Origin: Octopus bimaculoides
Lineage: Eukaryota
Assembly (NCBI RefSeq): GCF_001194135.2
Contig: NC_068981.1
Coordinates: 112,423,178-112,487,177, forward strand
Reading direction: 5' to 3'
DNA: 64,000 nt
Shown here piece by piece: positions 37,181 through 51,300 of this stretch (its first letter is position 1; every line of letters starts with the position of its first letter). Made by a program: the position numbers and the translations under genes. The notes below the pieces were generated by a model. The model made no database searches. It was not told where the DNA came from and saw nothing but the letters and a program-made list of their open reading frames with translations.

Positions 37181-37480
37181 CTATAGCCTCGGGCCGACCA
37201 AAGCCTTGTGAGTGGATTTGGTAGACAGAAACTGAAAGAAGCCCGTCGTATATATATGTATATATATATATATATGTATGTGTGTCTGTGTTTGTCCCCC
37301 CACCATCGCTTGACAACCGATGCTGGTGTGTTTATGTCCCCGTAACTTAGCGGTTTGGCAAAAGAGACCGATAGAATAAGTACTAGGCTTCTAAAGAATA
37401 AGTCCTGGGGTCGATTTGCTTGACTAAAGGCGGTGCTCCAGCATGGCCACAGTCAAAAGACTGAAACAAGTAAAAGAGTA
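37181..37480 (+). mobile_element. SINE family A (head in gap) truncating the PLE endonuclease
   Basis: ctatagcctcgggccgaccaaagccttgtgagtggatttggtagac...gactgaaacaagtaaaagagta; retains CpGs, so relatively young. Confidence 0.9.
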
Positions 37481-39093
37481 TATGATAGTATTTTGCTTTA
37501 CAAACTATCTCCCATTTCAAAATATAGTTAATATTTTTAGATTTAAGTTCCCAAATATATTTACTAAGGCCAGTAGAATTAATTAAATTTCTATTCTTAA
37601 ATGAGTGCATATGTTGAGCCACTCGTAATTTAATTTTATTAGATGTCGATCCTATATAAATCTTATTTAAATTATAACCATTATGTTTATTCCCATTCAT
37701 TAATCTTACTATACATTTATACACTACATCCTTCAAATTACATTTATTATTAAATTTAAATTTAGTCTTATCTAAACATGTACAATTAATTATATCCTGG
37801 TCCACATTATTATTATTATTATTAGAATAATTATAAAATTTAAATTTATAATACTTATTTAACTTAAATCTATTAAAAAAAGAGATAATATTAGCAACAT
37901 TATTAGTAGTAGAATAACCTACACCAAAGTTATTATTAGAAAATATATAATTATATTTTTTATTATCTTTAAGAAATATATCAATAACTTTTAAAATTTC
38001 ATTAATAATGTTAGTTTTAACTGGAATGCCGTATGGAATAATTAGCCATAGTTCATTCTTATTATAGATATTATTGTATTTATTATCAATATTATTAAAT
38101 TTATTATTATCATTAAAAAAATTAAAATTATATTTATTATTATTTCTGTTAAAATTATGTTTATGTTTATGTAAATTATTGTCATAATACCTATTATTCA
38201 TATTATAATTATCTAAGAAAACATAATCATAAGTATAAAGGTTATGTTTATTTAAAAGATCATTACTATTATAATTATTATAAATAGAATTAAAATTATA
38301 TTTCGGATTATTAAAAAATTTTATATTAGCAAATGTTAATGATTTTTTAATTGAGGGTGGGTGATTACTTTTCACATGAATATATTTAATATTTTCATTA
38401 ATCTTATGGTAAGGTTGGGTACTACCTGTAGATAAGTTAAAATCAGCATCTAGATAATTTATATTATAGTACTCATTATAAATAGTAATCTTTAAACCAT
38501 ATCTTTTAAAAAAAACTATATTAGTGCAATTTTTAGTAAGTAATAAAAGGTCATCCCTATATAAACCACCCTCCAAATTTAAGTTTTCGAGTTCAAGTTC
38601 AGATAATAAATATATACCTACTAAATCAGTTACCTGTGCTGAATCAGGCGCCCCCATTGGTATATCAAAATAGTCTCTAATATCTTTCCTAGCCCACAAT
38701 TTATTATCATATTTAATTAACGATTTCCTAGCCATTTTAACTACTTTTACTTCATCAAAAGTCATCCCCACCTTCTTCATAGCATAAATTAGGGCCTTAT
38801 TAAGTATAATCTCGTTAATGGAAGAATAATAGTTATCAATATCAATTTGAATAAATTTATATTTATTTTTATCTTTAATATTATCAAACCATTTTAAAGT
38901 ATCAATATTACTATTCCATAATTTAAGGTAGTTAAATTGATTTAATTTATTGATATATTTATCTAAAATTATCTGACTTAATTTACCTAGATCTGACTTA
39001 CAAGGACAAATAAGCCTAACTTTAGGGTCAGAATAAAAATTATTCTTATGGTCTTTTAATGTAATTCTAGGGTGCAATAGGTACATAAGGTTC
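37481..39093 (-). CDS. Naiad-like Penelope-like retroelement ORF (RT + Cys linker + GIY-YIG), stop-free, ~20% GC
   Basis: KDHKNNF...KVRLICPCKSDLGKLSQIILD; IDIDNYYSSI; FDIPMGAPDSAQVTDLVGIYLL; GLYRDDLL; NHPPSIKK; CTC...C..KDVVYKC; IYIGST...KLRVAQH; STGLSKYIWELK...WEIV. 5' end lies in a gap; 3' end reads into the SINE. Confidence 0.88.
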
Positions 39094-40003
39094 NNNNNNN
39101 NNNNNNNNNNNNNNNNNNNNNNNNNNNNNNNNNNNNNNNNNNNNNNNNNNNNNNNNNNNNNNNNNNNNNNNNNNNNNNNNNNNNNNNNNNNNNNNNNNNN
39201 NNNNNNNNNNNNNNNNNNNNNNNNNNNNNNNNNNNNNNNNNNNNNNNNNNNNNNNTATATATATATATATAGGGTGAGAGAGTGAGACAAGAGCATCAGA
39301 TAAATAGTTAGAACAAAGGAAATGTGTGCAAAATAAAATTTCATATTCAGCTTGGAAATTTGTGAAGAAATGAGTTATTTTACAGATGAATATTGTCTAA
39401 AACATGTGTACATGAAAATATAATTCTTTCTATTTTGCTCACTAAATAAGTGTGTGTGTGTTTGTAAAACTATACAACTGTTTGTTTATATGTATTTTCA
39501 TGTGCATGTGTTTTCATGAATGATTTTCTCTGTGCTTAAGTATTGTATGTATGTATGTATGTATGTATGTATATTTGTATGTATGTCTTTTCGTTATTTA
39601 TGCTGATAGATAGGGCAACAAATTTTTGTATTGTATTGGTATAACATTTGATTAAATTCTTAGAGTAAGATTCACTTCAGATTTTTCAGTCACAAGAGCT
39701 TATGTCCAAGATAACTTGTTGAAACATTTTGCTGTGATAATTCATACTTTAGTCAAAAAATTAAGGAACACTCATGCAAACAAACAGAATCTAAATTTTC
39801 AAACTATGTAGACAGTTTTACAGTTAGAAAACTATTTTTCTTTTATATTTTGTTCTTTTTTTAAATTTATTATATGTTCACACCATTATTGTTGTGATTA
39901 TCTTTATAAAATTATTATTGGATATGCCTGCTCTTTACCCTCCCTTCAGAATGTATACTTTTCACAATCATTCCTTTTATTTTTCTATCACCTTTATATA
40001 CAG

Positions 40004-40168
40004 AGCAATAAACTCGTAATTAAAAAGAGGTCTCAGTCCAATGGATCACTTATGGATGGTGAGAATATAGAAAAGGAGCATGCAGATGATGCAGCTTCTG
40101 GGCAGTTATCTGAAAATCCTACAGATGAGAACAAGAAGCATTCACCAGCTGTAAAATATTCTTCTAGT
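40004..40168 (+). CDS. CARMIL: CARMIL internal exon (start of disordered C-terminal region)
   Basis: ttttctatcacctttatatacag|...|gtgagt; 165 nt, phase 0->0, open: SNKLVIKKRSQSNGSLMDGENIEKEHADDAASGQLSENPTDENKKHSPAVKYSSS. Assigned by position and phase, not by similarity. Confidence 0.72.
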
Positions 40169-40329
40169 GTGAGTAGCATGATATCTCCTTTAAAAAGGCT
40201 CACTGTTTTCCTTCTTTTTTTTTTATTCAGAAATTACTCAAATAGGTAGTTCCTATTTCAGAAAGCAACATAATGATATTGACCTTATGTTATGACGTTG
40301 TTGATACTATTATTTCATATACGTGCAAC

Positions 40330-42800
40330 AGATAAAACTGTTGGAAAAGAAAAATTCCTAATATCAGGCTACAACAAGTAACTTTAGATACCAAGAACCC
40401 TCCTATGTTTTCTAGCTGTCCCTAATAACACTGTTTTCTGGAGCTGTACTAAACTAGATTTTATGCCTTTTTCCTCTGTTCATATCTTTAGGGATAGTTC
40501 CTAATGCACCTATAACTACTAGGATACATTTTACCTGCACTTTCTATAGTCTTTGTAACTCAATGGCTATATCCTGGTCCGTTGCTATTTTCTCTATACT
40601 GTATTAACTTTCTCATCATTTGGGACTGTAAAGTCAATTATTTGGCACTTTCTATTCTCTTTGTCTACTACTTCTAAATCAGGCCTTCTAACTTCTGAAT
40701 GTTAAAGTCTCACAACATCTTATATTTCTTACTTTCTAGTACTTTACTAGGTAGCTAGCTTTTACTTCATTTATCATTATGGTCAAATCCTAGCTTTCTA
40801 CATAACTCCCAGTGGTTGTCAGGTCTTTGTATTCCTTCTATGCCAGCATGCTACATTCACTTACTGTATGAGTAACACTTTCCTCTGTTGATTTACATAA
40901 CCTACATTGGGAATTTACTTGTTTTTTTTTTTTCTATCTTGACTTTCATCCCATTAGTCCTTCCTTTCTGAAAACAACTATGTCTCACTATTACTATTTG
41001 CTGTAACTATTTTGGGGAATTTACTATGCAAAGCCTTTTCATGCCAGTCAGATAATCTTTTTTCTGGTTTTTAACTTCTGTAGTTAGTACTCCTAGATAC
41101 TTATAACTCTCTTCTCCTTTCAGTGATTTTCAGTTATACTCAGACATTCACTTATCCATATAAGTGAATGTCTGAGTATATTCAGTATAGCAGGCAACAC
41201 AAGAGAATTAATTAGCTTTAGCATGAAGAAATGGAAAGTAGATCTCTACTCAGGTGACACAGCCTCAGAGAAAGTTAATATCAAGAGAGAAATTTTCCAA
41301 GGAAACTTGTTACCCCTTTAATATTTGTCTTATGTTTAACTCTCTTCGGTTTAGTATTAAGGAAGGCAAAGGTAGGGTATCCGTTCAGAAATAAAGGGAT
41401 CATGTTGTAGGCTTTCTTATAATCTGCCCATGCTATTGTTAAATTTTTCTTTTTGGCTTTTACTTCATTTAGAACTGCTTTGTATATGTATAATAGGTCA
41501 TGCATTCCTCTAGCTTTCTTCCTGCAACTTTTCTGTTCTTCTGGCTGCAAATAGTCTGTCAAGGTGCTCATAAGTGCTTTCTGAGAGCATTCCTGTTAAC
41601 AACTTCCACACTAATAGTAAGCAAGTGATTGTCTATAGTTGCTAGCTGTATTACCCTTGTTTGTATCTTTCATAAGGAGTACTGTTCTCTCTCTAGTCAT
41701 CCAATCTGCTATTTCTCCTCCAGTCAGGCAATCCTGAAGTTGTTCCTTCAGTCTCCCATGTAAGCTACTAAATTTCTTTAGCCAGTACCCTTGAGCTAAA
41801 TCTGGTTCTGGGCCCCACCAATTTGGCATTTTACCTAACACTTTACTCATTAATGCACTAGCTGCTTTTCACTAAATACTTCTTCCCTTACTTTCTTTAA
41901 CCATGCTGCATCTCCATTATGATTGATTTGTTTATCCCAAATATTACTCCAGAACTTTCTAGCTTCTGTATTAGGTTTCTCATCTTCAGTACTTCATTCT
42001 CCACTGTTTGTGTGGTTATAAAATCTCCTCTGGTCTGTCTTAGATAATATATTCTATTTATACTGATCTACTTTTTTCTGATATCTGGAAAGCTTATTTG
42101 CTACTGCTATGATACACTGTTTCAACTCTTCCATGACTATCTCAAATTGTTTCTCTTTGACGAAGTATCTTTCCTCAAGGGTAGATTTAAATCTTGTGCT
42201 TCCTAACTTGTTCGTTTTCCAGACTTCTATTCTACTCAAATCTTGTCTTCATTTCATTTTATAATCTTCTAGTAACTATTACCCCACCTGCATAGATCAA
42301 TTAGTTAGTGTCACCTATATTTTTAGTATCTACCCAACTGATGACAGAATCTACTTTCCTAGTCATATCTTGCAGCCTCCTTCTGTTGGTACCTTTTAAT
42401 GCTGGCAATCTTTTTTCGTCTTCTTTGCTCATTGCTTCCTGTAACTCATCTAAAACTTTCTGATCTTCCTCTCTTAAGTCACTGTTACCAGTTGTTTCTT
42501 CCTGGTCAGTAGTGCTAAAGTTATTTTTTCCTTTAGGTTCTTCTTTGGTTAGAACTGTATCTCTTATGTTGTTGTTTGGCTTTTCTACTGTTTGGTCTTT
42601 CTTTTGCAGTTCTCTCGTCATCTCTTCTACCTCCAATTCTGTCATCCACTTTCTTCTCTTAATAGCAATAGTTTGGTCTACTAATCTCTGCTCAGTTACT
42701 TTAAACACACCCTTTTGTATCCAAAGTGTTAGCATCTGTTTTCTATAACCCATTCTTTAGGTTTTCCACTTTCTCCTCCTTACTCAGTTATCTGCTGATG
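40330..42800 (-). mobile_element. R4/Dong-like LINE with internal deletion and inversion
   Basis: N-terminal GYRKQML...VTEQRLVDQ; WPNWWGPEPDLAQGYWLK; AWADYKKAY; segment 41160-41390 is in the opposite orientation; 3' end paralogous to 54670-55000. Confidence 0.88.
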
Positions 42801-43099
42801 CTGTCATAGGATAAAAGTTGTGGTCAGTCTGCATCAGTACTGAACCACTGCTGAGCAAGAGGCCTTCCCTATTATCATTATCATCATCATCATCATCATC
42901 ATTGAGTGGGAGAGCAACACTTGCCATCAAAATGACACTGGAGCACAAATGTACAAAGTTCAGAGCTTCTGGTTATGGCATTCGGGTGATGAGATGTTGA
43001 ACGTACAGCTCTGGATGCCAAATTAAATAATCTACTTCTGATGAAAAAATGAGCTCAAGGGGACAAAAATCCTGACCCAAACCAGTGGTTCCAAGTGTA

Positions 43100-46000
43100 A
43101 AATCCTCCCAAAATGGACCTATTGCACAATGGACACAGATTCACTGGGAGACACAATCAGTGATTTGAAGTCAACAGACGCCATGTTGATCTTAAATGAT
43201 ATCAAAGAATTCATTAAATCACAAATGGTGGAAATCTTCAACTCATTTGCCTCTGTAAAAGCTAAGTAGGAGCAACTGAACAAACGTTCAGCCAAAATGG
43301 AATGAGCCATTGATTTTAACTCCAGAAAAATAGCTGAAATGAGATGGGAAAGCGATAATGTGGCAGAAACACCAAGTAAGTTTAATGATAAATTCATGGA
43401 GTTTGAACTTTACTCTTGCAGATCAAACATCCTAATCTATGGAATGAAACATATCGGCAATAATGAATCTCCAAGCCAACTTCAACATTCTGTCAAGGAA
43501 CTGTTTATTTCTGCTCTTAAAATTGATGATAACAAAGTGAAAGAGACGTTGCTTGCAAACATGTACCGTCTGCCTCAAAAAAAACAATAAAAACAGAGCC
43601 GGGTAAGCCAGACCCCAAAATAGTCAAGTTTGTCAGTGTAACTGATGGAAATTTGGTCTTCTTTACTGCTTGTAAATCCTTCAAAGTTCTATCAGACAGG
43701 AAAATTGTAATTCACAGTGACCGCCCATAAGTTCTGAAACAATTTAGAGCCAAACTATTACATCAAGGCCAATACCTCAGAAATACATACCACGTCCAGA
43801 CAAAAATTTTTGAGAAAGGCGTTACACTATCTAAACAATTCTGAAAAAGTACAAATCACTCATGGAAAACTGTTGGAATCAAAGAGGAAATAAACAAATA
43901 AAGATATGTGCTTGGATTCCCATTCATATTTTTTTTTTTCCTGAAAAAAGTGGGAAACCTATTTTGATTTTTTTCCTTCTTCACTGGGTGTAATCGCCGT
44001 GCTTTTTGGATTCTGAGGAAGTGAATGGGTTTATTTGTGTTAAGATATTTGTTTGGAACTCTGAATTTTTGTTGAGATTTTAAAAACTTTGATTAGTAAA
44101 TAATGAACTCTACTGCACTACTGCCACATCTACATAGATGAGCAGAATTTGTGAATTTCCAGAGACAATTCAGCAAATCTGTGAATATTGATATACACCT
44201 TTCTTCGGAAAGAAAAATTAACAACACTTGATACAAAACTAAGCTTTGAGCTCATGAATTGACATTTTCTATATTTTGTTGCTCTTTTGAATAAGATCAG
44301 ACTTTCATTTTAATTTGATGATTATGACAGTGATATGATTTTATTAGTATTCTGTAATAATTGTGTAACTAAACCCAGTTGCTACATTCCATGAAGAATG
44401 GAAAGTTTTGGGTAAAATGAATGGAAGGTATGAATGTCAGTTCTTGTGTGTGTTCAGATATGTATCTTTTACTGGAAGGCTTGAATGTTCACTCCAATAC
44501 TATTTTCACTATTTGTTCTATATATCTTAAATGGATGACTTAAATATACCTATATGTTCAGTCAATTGTAGGGACCTTAATGATTATACAAAAAGAAAGG
44601 ATGTTTTGCATTTTTTGAGAGCCAAAAGATATAAAATCTATTTGTTGCAAGATAGCCACTTTTTGAAAGAAAAAGAACTTTTAATTAGAAGTGAATGGGG
44701 CTCTGAGGTACTATTTAATAGTAATAATGGACAGTCTAGAGGAGTTGTCATTTTGTTTTCTAATGATATTGATTATAAGGTACATGGCCATTTCAGGGAT
44801 GGCAGGGGCAATCTTCTGTGAGAAAAAGATATCTTTAGTCAACTTATACAGTCCAAATGCAGATAAACCAGAGTTTTATGCTGTGGTGATGGATAAAATC
44901 AAAGCCTTTGGAAACTCAGATTGTATTATAGCTGGGGATTTTTAGCTTTGTCTACAGCAGTCTTTGGATACTTTTAATTATCAACATATAAACAACCTAA
45001 TGCTAGAAAGCTAGGGATTGATATGATAAGGGCCCTTGACCTTTTAGATGTTTGGAGAGATCATAACCCAGAAGTACAGGACTATACATGGAGACATCTA
45101 AATCCTATTAGACAAGCAAAGCTAGATTTCCTGTTTGGTGTCGCAGAATTTGTATTCATTTATTTGTCATTCTATAAATGTTGGGTACAGATCAGACCAT
45201 TCTCGTTGACATCAAAATAAAATTTCCCAAGAAAATGACTATAAAAGTACATATTGGAAATTTAATAACTCACTTTTAAGAGATCCAAAATACATTTCAT
45301 CTTTTAAGGAAATCTGTTAATTAAGCAGTGTTGTCAAGCAATATGCCTCCCCTTTGGAACATGATAGAGATATTAGTACAGTTAATTTGTCTGAGTTTGA
45401 ATTTGTTGTAAATGATCAATTATTTTTGGAAACTCTATTAATGGAAATTAGAGGAAAATTTATTTCATGTTCTTCATTTTAAAAAAAATTTAGAGTAAAA
45501 AAGAACAAGATCTATTAGATGATATTAAGCGATTGGAAATAAATTTTTTGGAAATCAAGAAATTGATGGAAAAAAGAAAAGAATTTGAGGAGATTTGTAA
45601 AGCAACAGTGAAGGCATTATTATTTGTTCAAGGACCATGTGGATAGATGAAGGGGAGAAGGTTAGCCTTTATTTTTGCAATCTAGAAAATAAGAATTTTG
45701 TGAGTAAAGGCATGTCCCAGTTAGAGCTGGATGATGAGCCTACTGTAGAAAGTTCTTGAAGCATTGTTGTTTTATGAAGGATTGTATTCTTCCAAGGAGT
45801 ATGTGTTGAAAGATTGTGACCTTGATGAACTTTTTTTTTGAAGGAGATTTGTATGGGCTTAGTAAGGGAGAATTTGATTCATTGGAAGGCCCAGTGACTT
45901 GTGATGAACTTTTGAAATGTTTGAAAAAGGCAAAGAACAATAAAAGTCCATGTTCAGATGAGTTCACTCATTAGTTATATAAATTCTTTTGGAAAGATTT

Positions 46001-48096
46001 ATTTCCATTCCTGTTGAGGTCATTCAGTTATAACTTTGCTGATGGCTATCTGTCAGTAACACAGAGGCAAGGTATCATTGCTTGTATTCCAAAAGGAGAT
46101 AAGCCCAAACATTCTTGAAGAACTGGAAGACCTATTTCATTTCTCAATACTGCCTATAAACTTCTCTCATCTGTCATTGCTGAGAGGTTCAAAAGTATTC
46201 TCCTGAAGTTGGTTAGTACTGATCAAATAGGATTCATGTCATGGTGGTAACATAAGACTGATATACAATTTGATGAATTACACACAACCCAATGATATAC
46301 CAGGAATGTTGTTTTTAATAGATTTTAAGAAGGCATTTGATTCTGTCTCATGGTTATTTATATACAAGACATTATCATTTTTTGGCTTTGGTGAGGACAT
46401 CTGTAAGTGGTTCAATATTCTTTACAATGATGCTAGATCTTGTTAATGGTGCATTGTCTCCTTTGTTTCCTGTTGAGTGGGGCTGTTGACAGAGTGATCG
46501 TCTCTCTATATATTTTCATCCTCTGTGTTGAGGTCCTGGCTGATCTTATAAGAAAGAACAGTGATAATAAAGGAATTACATTTGACAATGGGGAGTATCT
46601 AAGGACACTGTATGCAGATGATACAGAGTTTATTTTAGATGGTTCACAAAAGTTTTTCGAAGCTACAGTTGACACTTTGAACTTTTTCGCTGATATATAA
46701 AACAAAATGTTATTTAAATTTCTCTGGAATGGAAAACCTGATCAAGAGAGTTGTTGCTTGTAAGCCTGTTAAAGAGGGTGGACTTGGTATGGTGAAAGCT
46801 TCTGCTTATGTCAGTTGATTAAAGTTATCTTGGATGAGAAAGTTGCTGGATATTAATTATGAATACAAATGGAAGCATTTGTGCTATGCCTCCTCCCCAA
46901 AACTGCAAAGTTTAGTTGTATTTGGTGACATTTTTTCTGAGTAAACTCCAACGATATTAAGAATGATTTTTAGCATGATTGTATTTCTACTTTTGATAAG
47001 TTTACAAATAAGACAGAGCCTAGTTCATTTGATGAATTCATAACAGAACAAGCACTTAAAAGTTGGTAAAGAGGTAATCTTTTGTTCTGTGTGGTTTGAG
47101 AGAGGTGTTAGTCAGATTCGTGATTTCATCAACTTAGATGGATCATATCGTACCCTTGAAGAATTCCAGAGTACTTTTGAACTTGATATCAATTTTCTTT
47201 ATTATAATGGTCTTATAATGGCTATTAAAACTACTAAGCAAGGTTAAAGATAAGCAAACCTACTTCTTTTCAACAATTAGATGATAATACAGCTGTTCGA
47301 AAGCTCATATCTGTTAAGAAAGGAGACAAGTGTGTTACTATTACATTTTAAGCACATCCAGTGTTTGTTTAAAATTCAAACATAAATGGGAAGAGTATAT
47401 GCTTGCTGAACTAAAATGGGAAAAAATATTTGTACAACCTATAAAGATGACAACAGATACTAAATTGCAATGAGTTCAGTTCAGAATTATACATAGTATT
47501 TTAACAACTAATCCTCTCCTATTCAGGATCAAATTAGCTGAAAGCAACTTGTGCACTTTTTGTCAATGTGAAGTTGAGACAATTACACACCTTTTTTGGT
47601 ATTGTGAACATATACAAGCTTTTTGGCAATGCTTTCTTGAATTGCTGTATGAAAAATTAACAACATGGACTTTAATTTATAGCTTAGGTCAAAGTGTGTT
47701 TAGGTTAAAAAAGAATATATATTCTGATGGTGTTTTTGACTTACTATTATTGTTAGCTAATTTTTTTATATATAAAAGTAAAGTATTAAAAACTACTCTT
47801 AGCTTTAAACATTTTAGACACTTTGTACATGATAGGTATCATATTGAAAAGGGCATATCTTTTAGTAAAAGTAGGCAACATAAAATTTATAAAAAGTGGA
47901 TGCTCTACCATGATTTTGCAAATGTTAAGTAATCCTTTTTGAGTTGTTACTTCTTGCCTCTTCATAATCATATTACTAGTTTTAACTGTGTGAAACCCGA
48001 AGAACGTATTGTAATTGTTAGAAAATTTTAGGAACGATTGGGGAGTGAATGTGTTGTAGTGTGTAGTCTTGTATTTTCTTTTTTTTAAAAAAAAAG
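43100..48096 (+). mobile_element. L1/Tx1-clade LINE, near full-length, decayed
   Basis: ORF1 coiled coil + RSNILIYG; ORF2 endonuclease SVNCRDLN...LLQDSHF, IIAGDF; RT IDFKKAFDSV, YADDT; C-terminal CTFCQCEVETITHLFWYC; A-run at ~48087-48095. Confidence 0.92.
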
Positions 48097-48329
48097 TTCA
48101 TCCGCATCATATAACAACTTTGTATAAGACTTCACAGTCCCCTGGCTGTGCTGTCTTCAATTTTAACAGGGAGAACAGGAAATAAAAATTTTCAATTAGA
48201 ATAAAATATATACAAAGTTCAATACACCCATCATGCCCCCACCCCATAAGGGTACACCAGACATATGCATCCCAACCATATGTGCACAACATGGTGATCT
48301 TGTATCGAGATAAAGATTGCATGGCCTTG

Positions 48330-51300
48330 CAGGTTATTATTATTCAGTAGTCTTATTTTTATCACGTGGTTTCACTGCACTACTGAGCGCAGCTCTGTAT
48401 GTCCTGGGTATGTGCTGTGATTTGTTGTAGTGCTCTTATTTTCACTGTATTGAAAGAGTTTTACATAGGATGGGTGCGGTGCCTAGTAGTACTATTTTCT
48501 CTATGTTATATATACTTGTAAGTCCTGGTGTTTTTGTTATGTATTTGTCTGAATGTTTTTTATCATACCTTATGTACCTACTATAATAGAAATAATTTCT
48601 GTTCTTAGGTTCCATATTCGAGTTACCTCATTTCCAGATTTTTGTATTTTGAAAGTTTTTCCATTTCCTTTAGAGAAACATTGTCATCTGTTGGTATTGA
48701 TACATCAATTAAAAAATTTTTTTTTTCTTGGTGATCTCTGACAACTATATCCAGCCTATTGGCCTTGATTTCTCTATCTGCATGGATTGGTATATCCCAG
48801 AGTATGGTTCCTTTCTCATTTTCTGTGACCTTTTCTGGGGTGTGCCTATACATGCTGTTATTCCATGGTGTTGGTATAGCTTATTATTATTATCTCTTTA
48901 TCACAGGTTTTGTTGGAGCTCCTGGAGTCTTGCATGTGTAGCAGGTTTACTACCTACTGCCTGTGGTACCATGCTATTCTTTCTTTTCAGCTATCTAATA
49001 CTTTCCTGATCATTCTATCCATGTCAAGGAGGCAAACCTTTTGTAACAGTTCTACTGGGCACTTTATTCCAATTTCCTTTATATTCCTCTTGATGCCTTC
49101 TGACACTGTTCCCAAGGACCCAACAATAATTGGCACTATCTTCACCTTCTTCATTTTCCATAGCTGGGCTATTTCGTACTTAAAGGGGTTGACTCAGGTT
49201 TGGTCATTAAGGGATTATATTTGTTTTTACTTTTCATCTTTTTTCTTTACAATCCTGGAATCAAACAGACATGATCAATCAATTTGTAAGCAACTTCATT
49301 TTTCCTTGACTATTATTGTTATGTCCTGTTTATTATTTTCTATCTTCTTATCCATTTGAATTGGAAAATCCTATAAAATTTTACATTTCTCTGACTCACA
49401 CACTTTTTCAACCTGATGATTATTACCAGCTTTAAACCTCCATTTTTGACAGAACTTCCAGTGCAAAACTTTTACAATTTGGTAATGTCTCCATTTCTTA
49501 AATTCTCCCTAAGCTGACTTGGGACATTTTGCAACAATGTGTGCCATTGTTTCATCCCAAATTCCATACACTCCTTATTTCACTGACACCTTCTCCCCAT
49601 ATGCATATATTCTCAAGTTGTTTGTTTTTAACAATTGAACTTGAGCTGCTACAATAAGTCTCTCTGGCTCTTTTTTCAATTGCCCCACATAAAAAACACC
49701 CATGTTGCTGCAGCTTGAAAAACTCCCAGTACACTCTGCAAAATGGTTGGCATTAGGAATGGCATCCAGCCATAGAAACTATGCCAAAACAGACAAATGG
49801 AGCCTGGTGCAACTCTCTGGATGGACAGCTCTTGCCAACCCAACCAACCCATGTCAGCATGAAAAACAAATGTTAAATGATGATGATGATGATGATGACA
49901 CATCCTCAGTGACTTTCCAAAACTAACCATGTAAAGGTTTCTCTTCAATTGTGTTTAACATGCTCTCTTTGAATTTCATTCTTGTCTTTTTCCCTATTCC
50001 ACACTTGATCATCTGTTCTCTATTCACTATTTTTAAAGTATAACTAGTTAATATCAGCTCTTGGATAGTGGGCTCCATACATAGTCAACAGCTTTCTAGT
50101 TTTTCCGTCAAGTTTCTGTATTTTGTTTTTTGTCCAGTCTATAATTTCATCTCCATATCTAATTACTGGTACTGCTCTTGCATTTTTGCTTCAATAGCAT
50201 TTTTTGAATTCAACTTTGATATTTTTCTCACTTTCCTTGTTTACTCCCTATTTGTAATTTGCTCCATCTCTTCATGTTTTATTTCTAGTATTCCCGAATA
50301 TTTGGGAATACTCCAGTATTCCCAAATACTTATACCACTATCCTTTTTCAACTGCTTGTATTGTTTGCCCATTTGGCATTTCAGTTCCCTGACTTCTTTC
50401 AAATTTTTTTCATTTTTTATCTTTTTAATCTCAAATTTCATGCCTATATCATTTTAGAAAATGTAAACAGTGTACACAAGACTTTCAATCTGCTTTTCAT
50501 TTTTCACATAAAGCTTTATATCATCCATAAAAAGGAGATGAATTATCTGACCATATCCTTTACTCAAAGCATTAGCTATTTTGTCTTCTTGAGTGGTTTC
50601 AGTGCCAAGACAAATAGTAATGGAGATAAGCTATCACTTTGAAATATACCACGTCTGATGATCATTTTCCCAAGTCTTTGTTTCTCGCCAATCAGTTCAG
50701 TAATCCAATGTTTCATACTTTCATTGACCGTTTTCCACCACTCCAAACATGCTCATTGTTTTACTTATCAAACTGTGCGGTACCATGCCATATGCATTTT
50801 TGTAATCCAACCATGCTACATCCAATCCCGTCAATGTGCATCTACAGTTTTAATAACTAGTCTTTAGTTGCCCTGCTTTCACTCCTGCATCCTTTCTGTT
50901 CAACTGGAAGTAAATTGTTACTTTCCAGATGATTATATAACTTTTCTACCAAGACACCAGTCGTAAGCTTCCTCAAAAGTAGTAAACAAGTTATAGGTTG
51001 AAAATTTGATACCAATTTACTTTTCATGAGACATAACAACGTTTGTCCACTTATCATCCATATAGGGACATGTCCCTTCATCAAGGTGTACAGTGATCCT
51101 TTCATGCAACTGTGTAAAATTCTTCAGCCAGTAACCTTGTACTCCATCTTGACCAGGCTCTTTCCAATTTTCTAATTTTTAAAACTTCAGTCTCACTGAA
51201 TATAGACCAATTCTGACATCCTTTTGTCTTAGTACAGTTTCAAGTTATCTCTTCACCTGTGTTAGCCACTCTGCACTTTTTTTATGTCTCACTGGGCCTG

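Noticed and set aside
37383-39344. Selenocysteine recoding in the Naiad-like ORF, and the full 653-aa ORF call
   Set aside because: No in-frame TGA or SECIS is visible. The ORF-track start is upstream of an N gap and its last ~32 codons are antisense SINE, so only 37481-39093 is supported.
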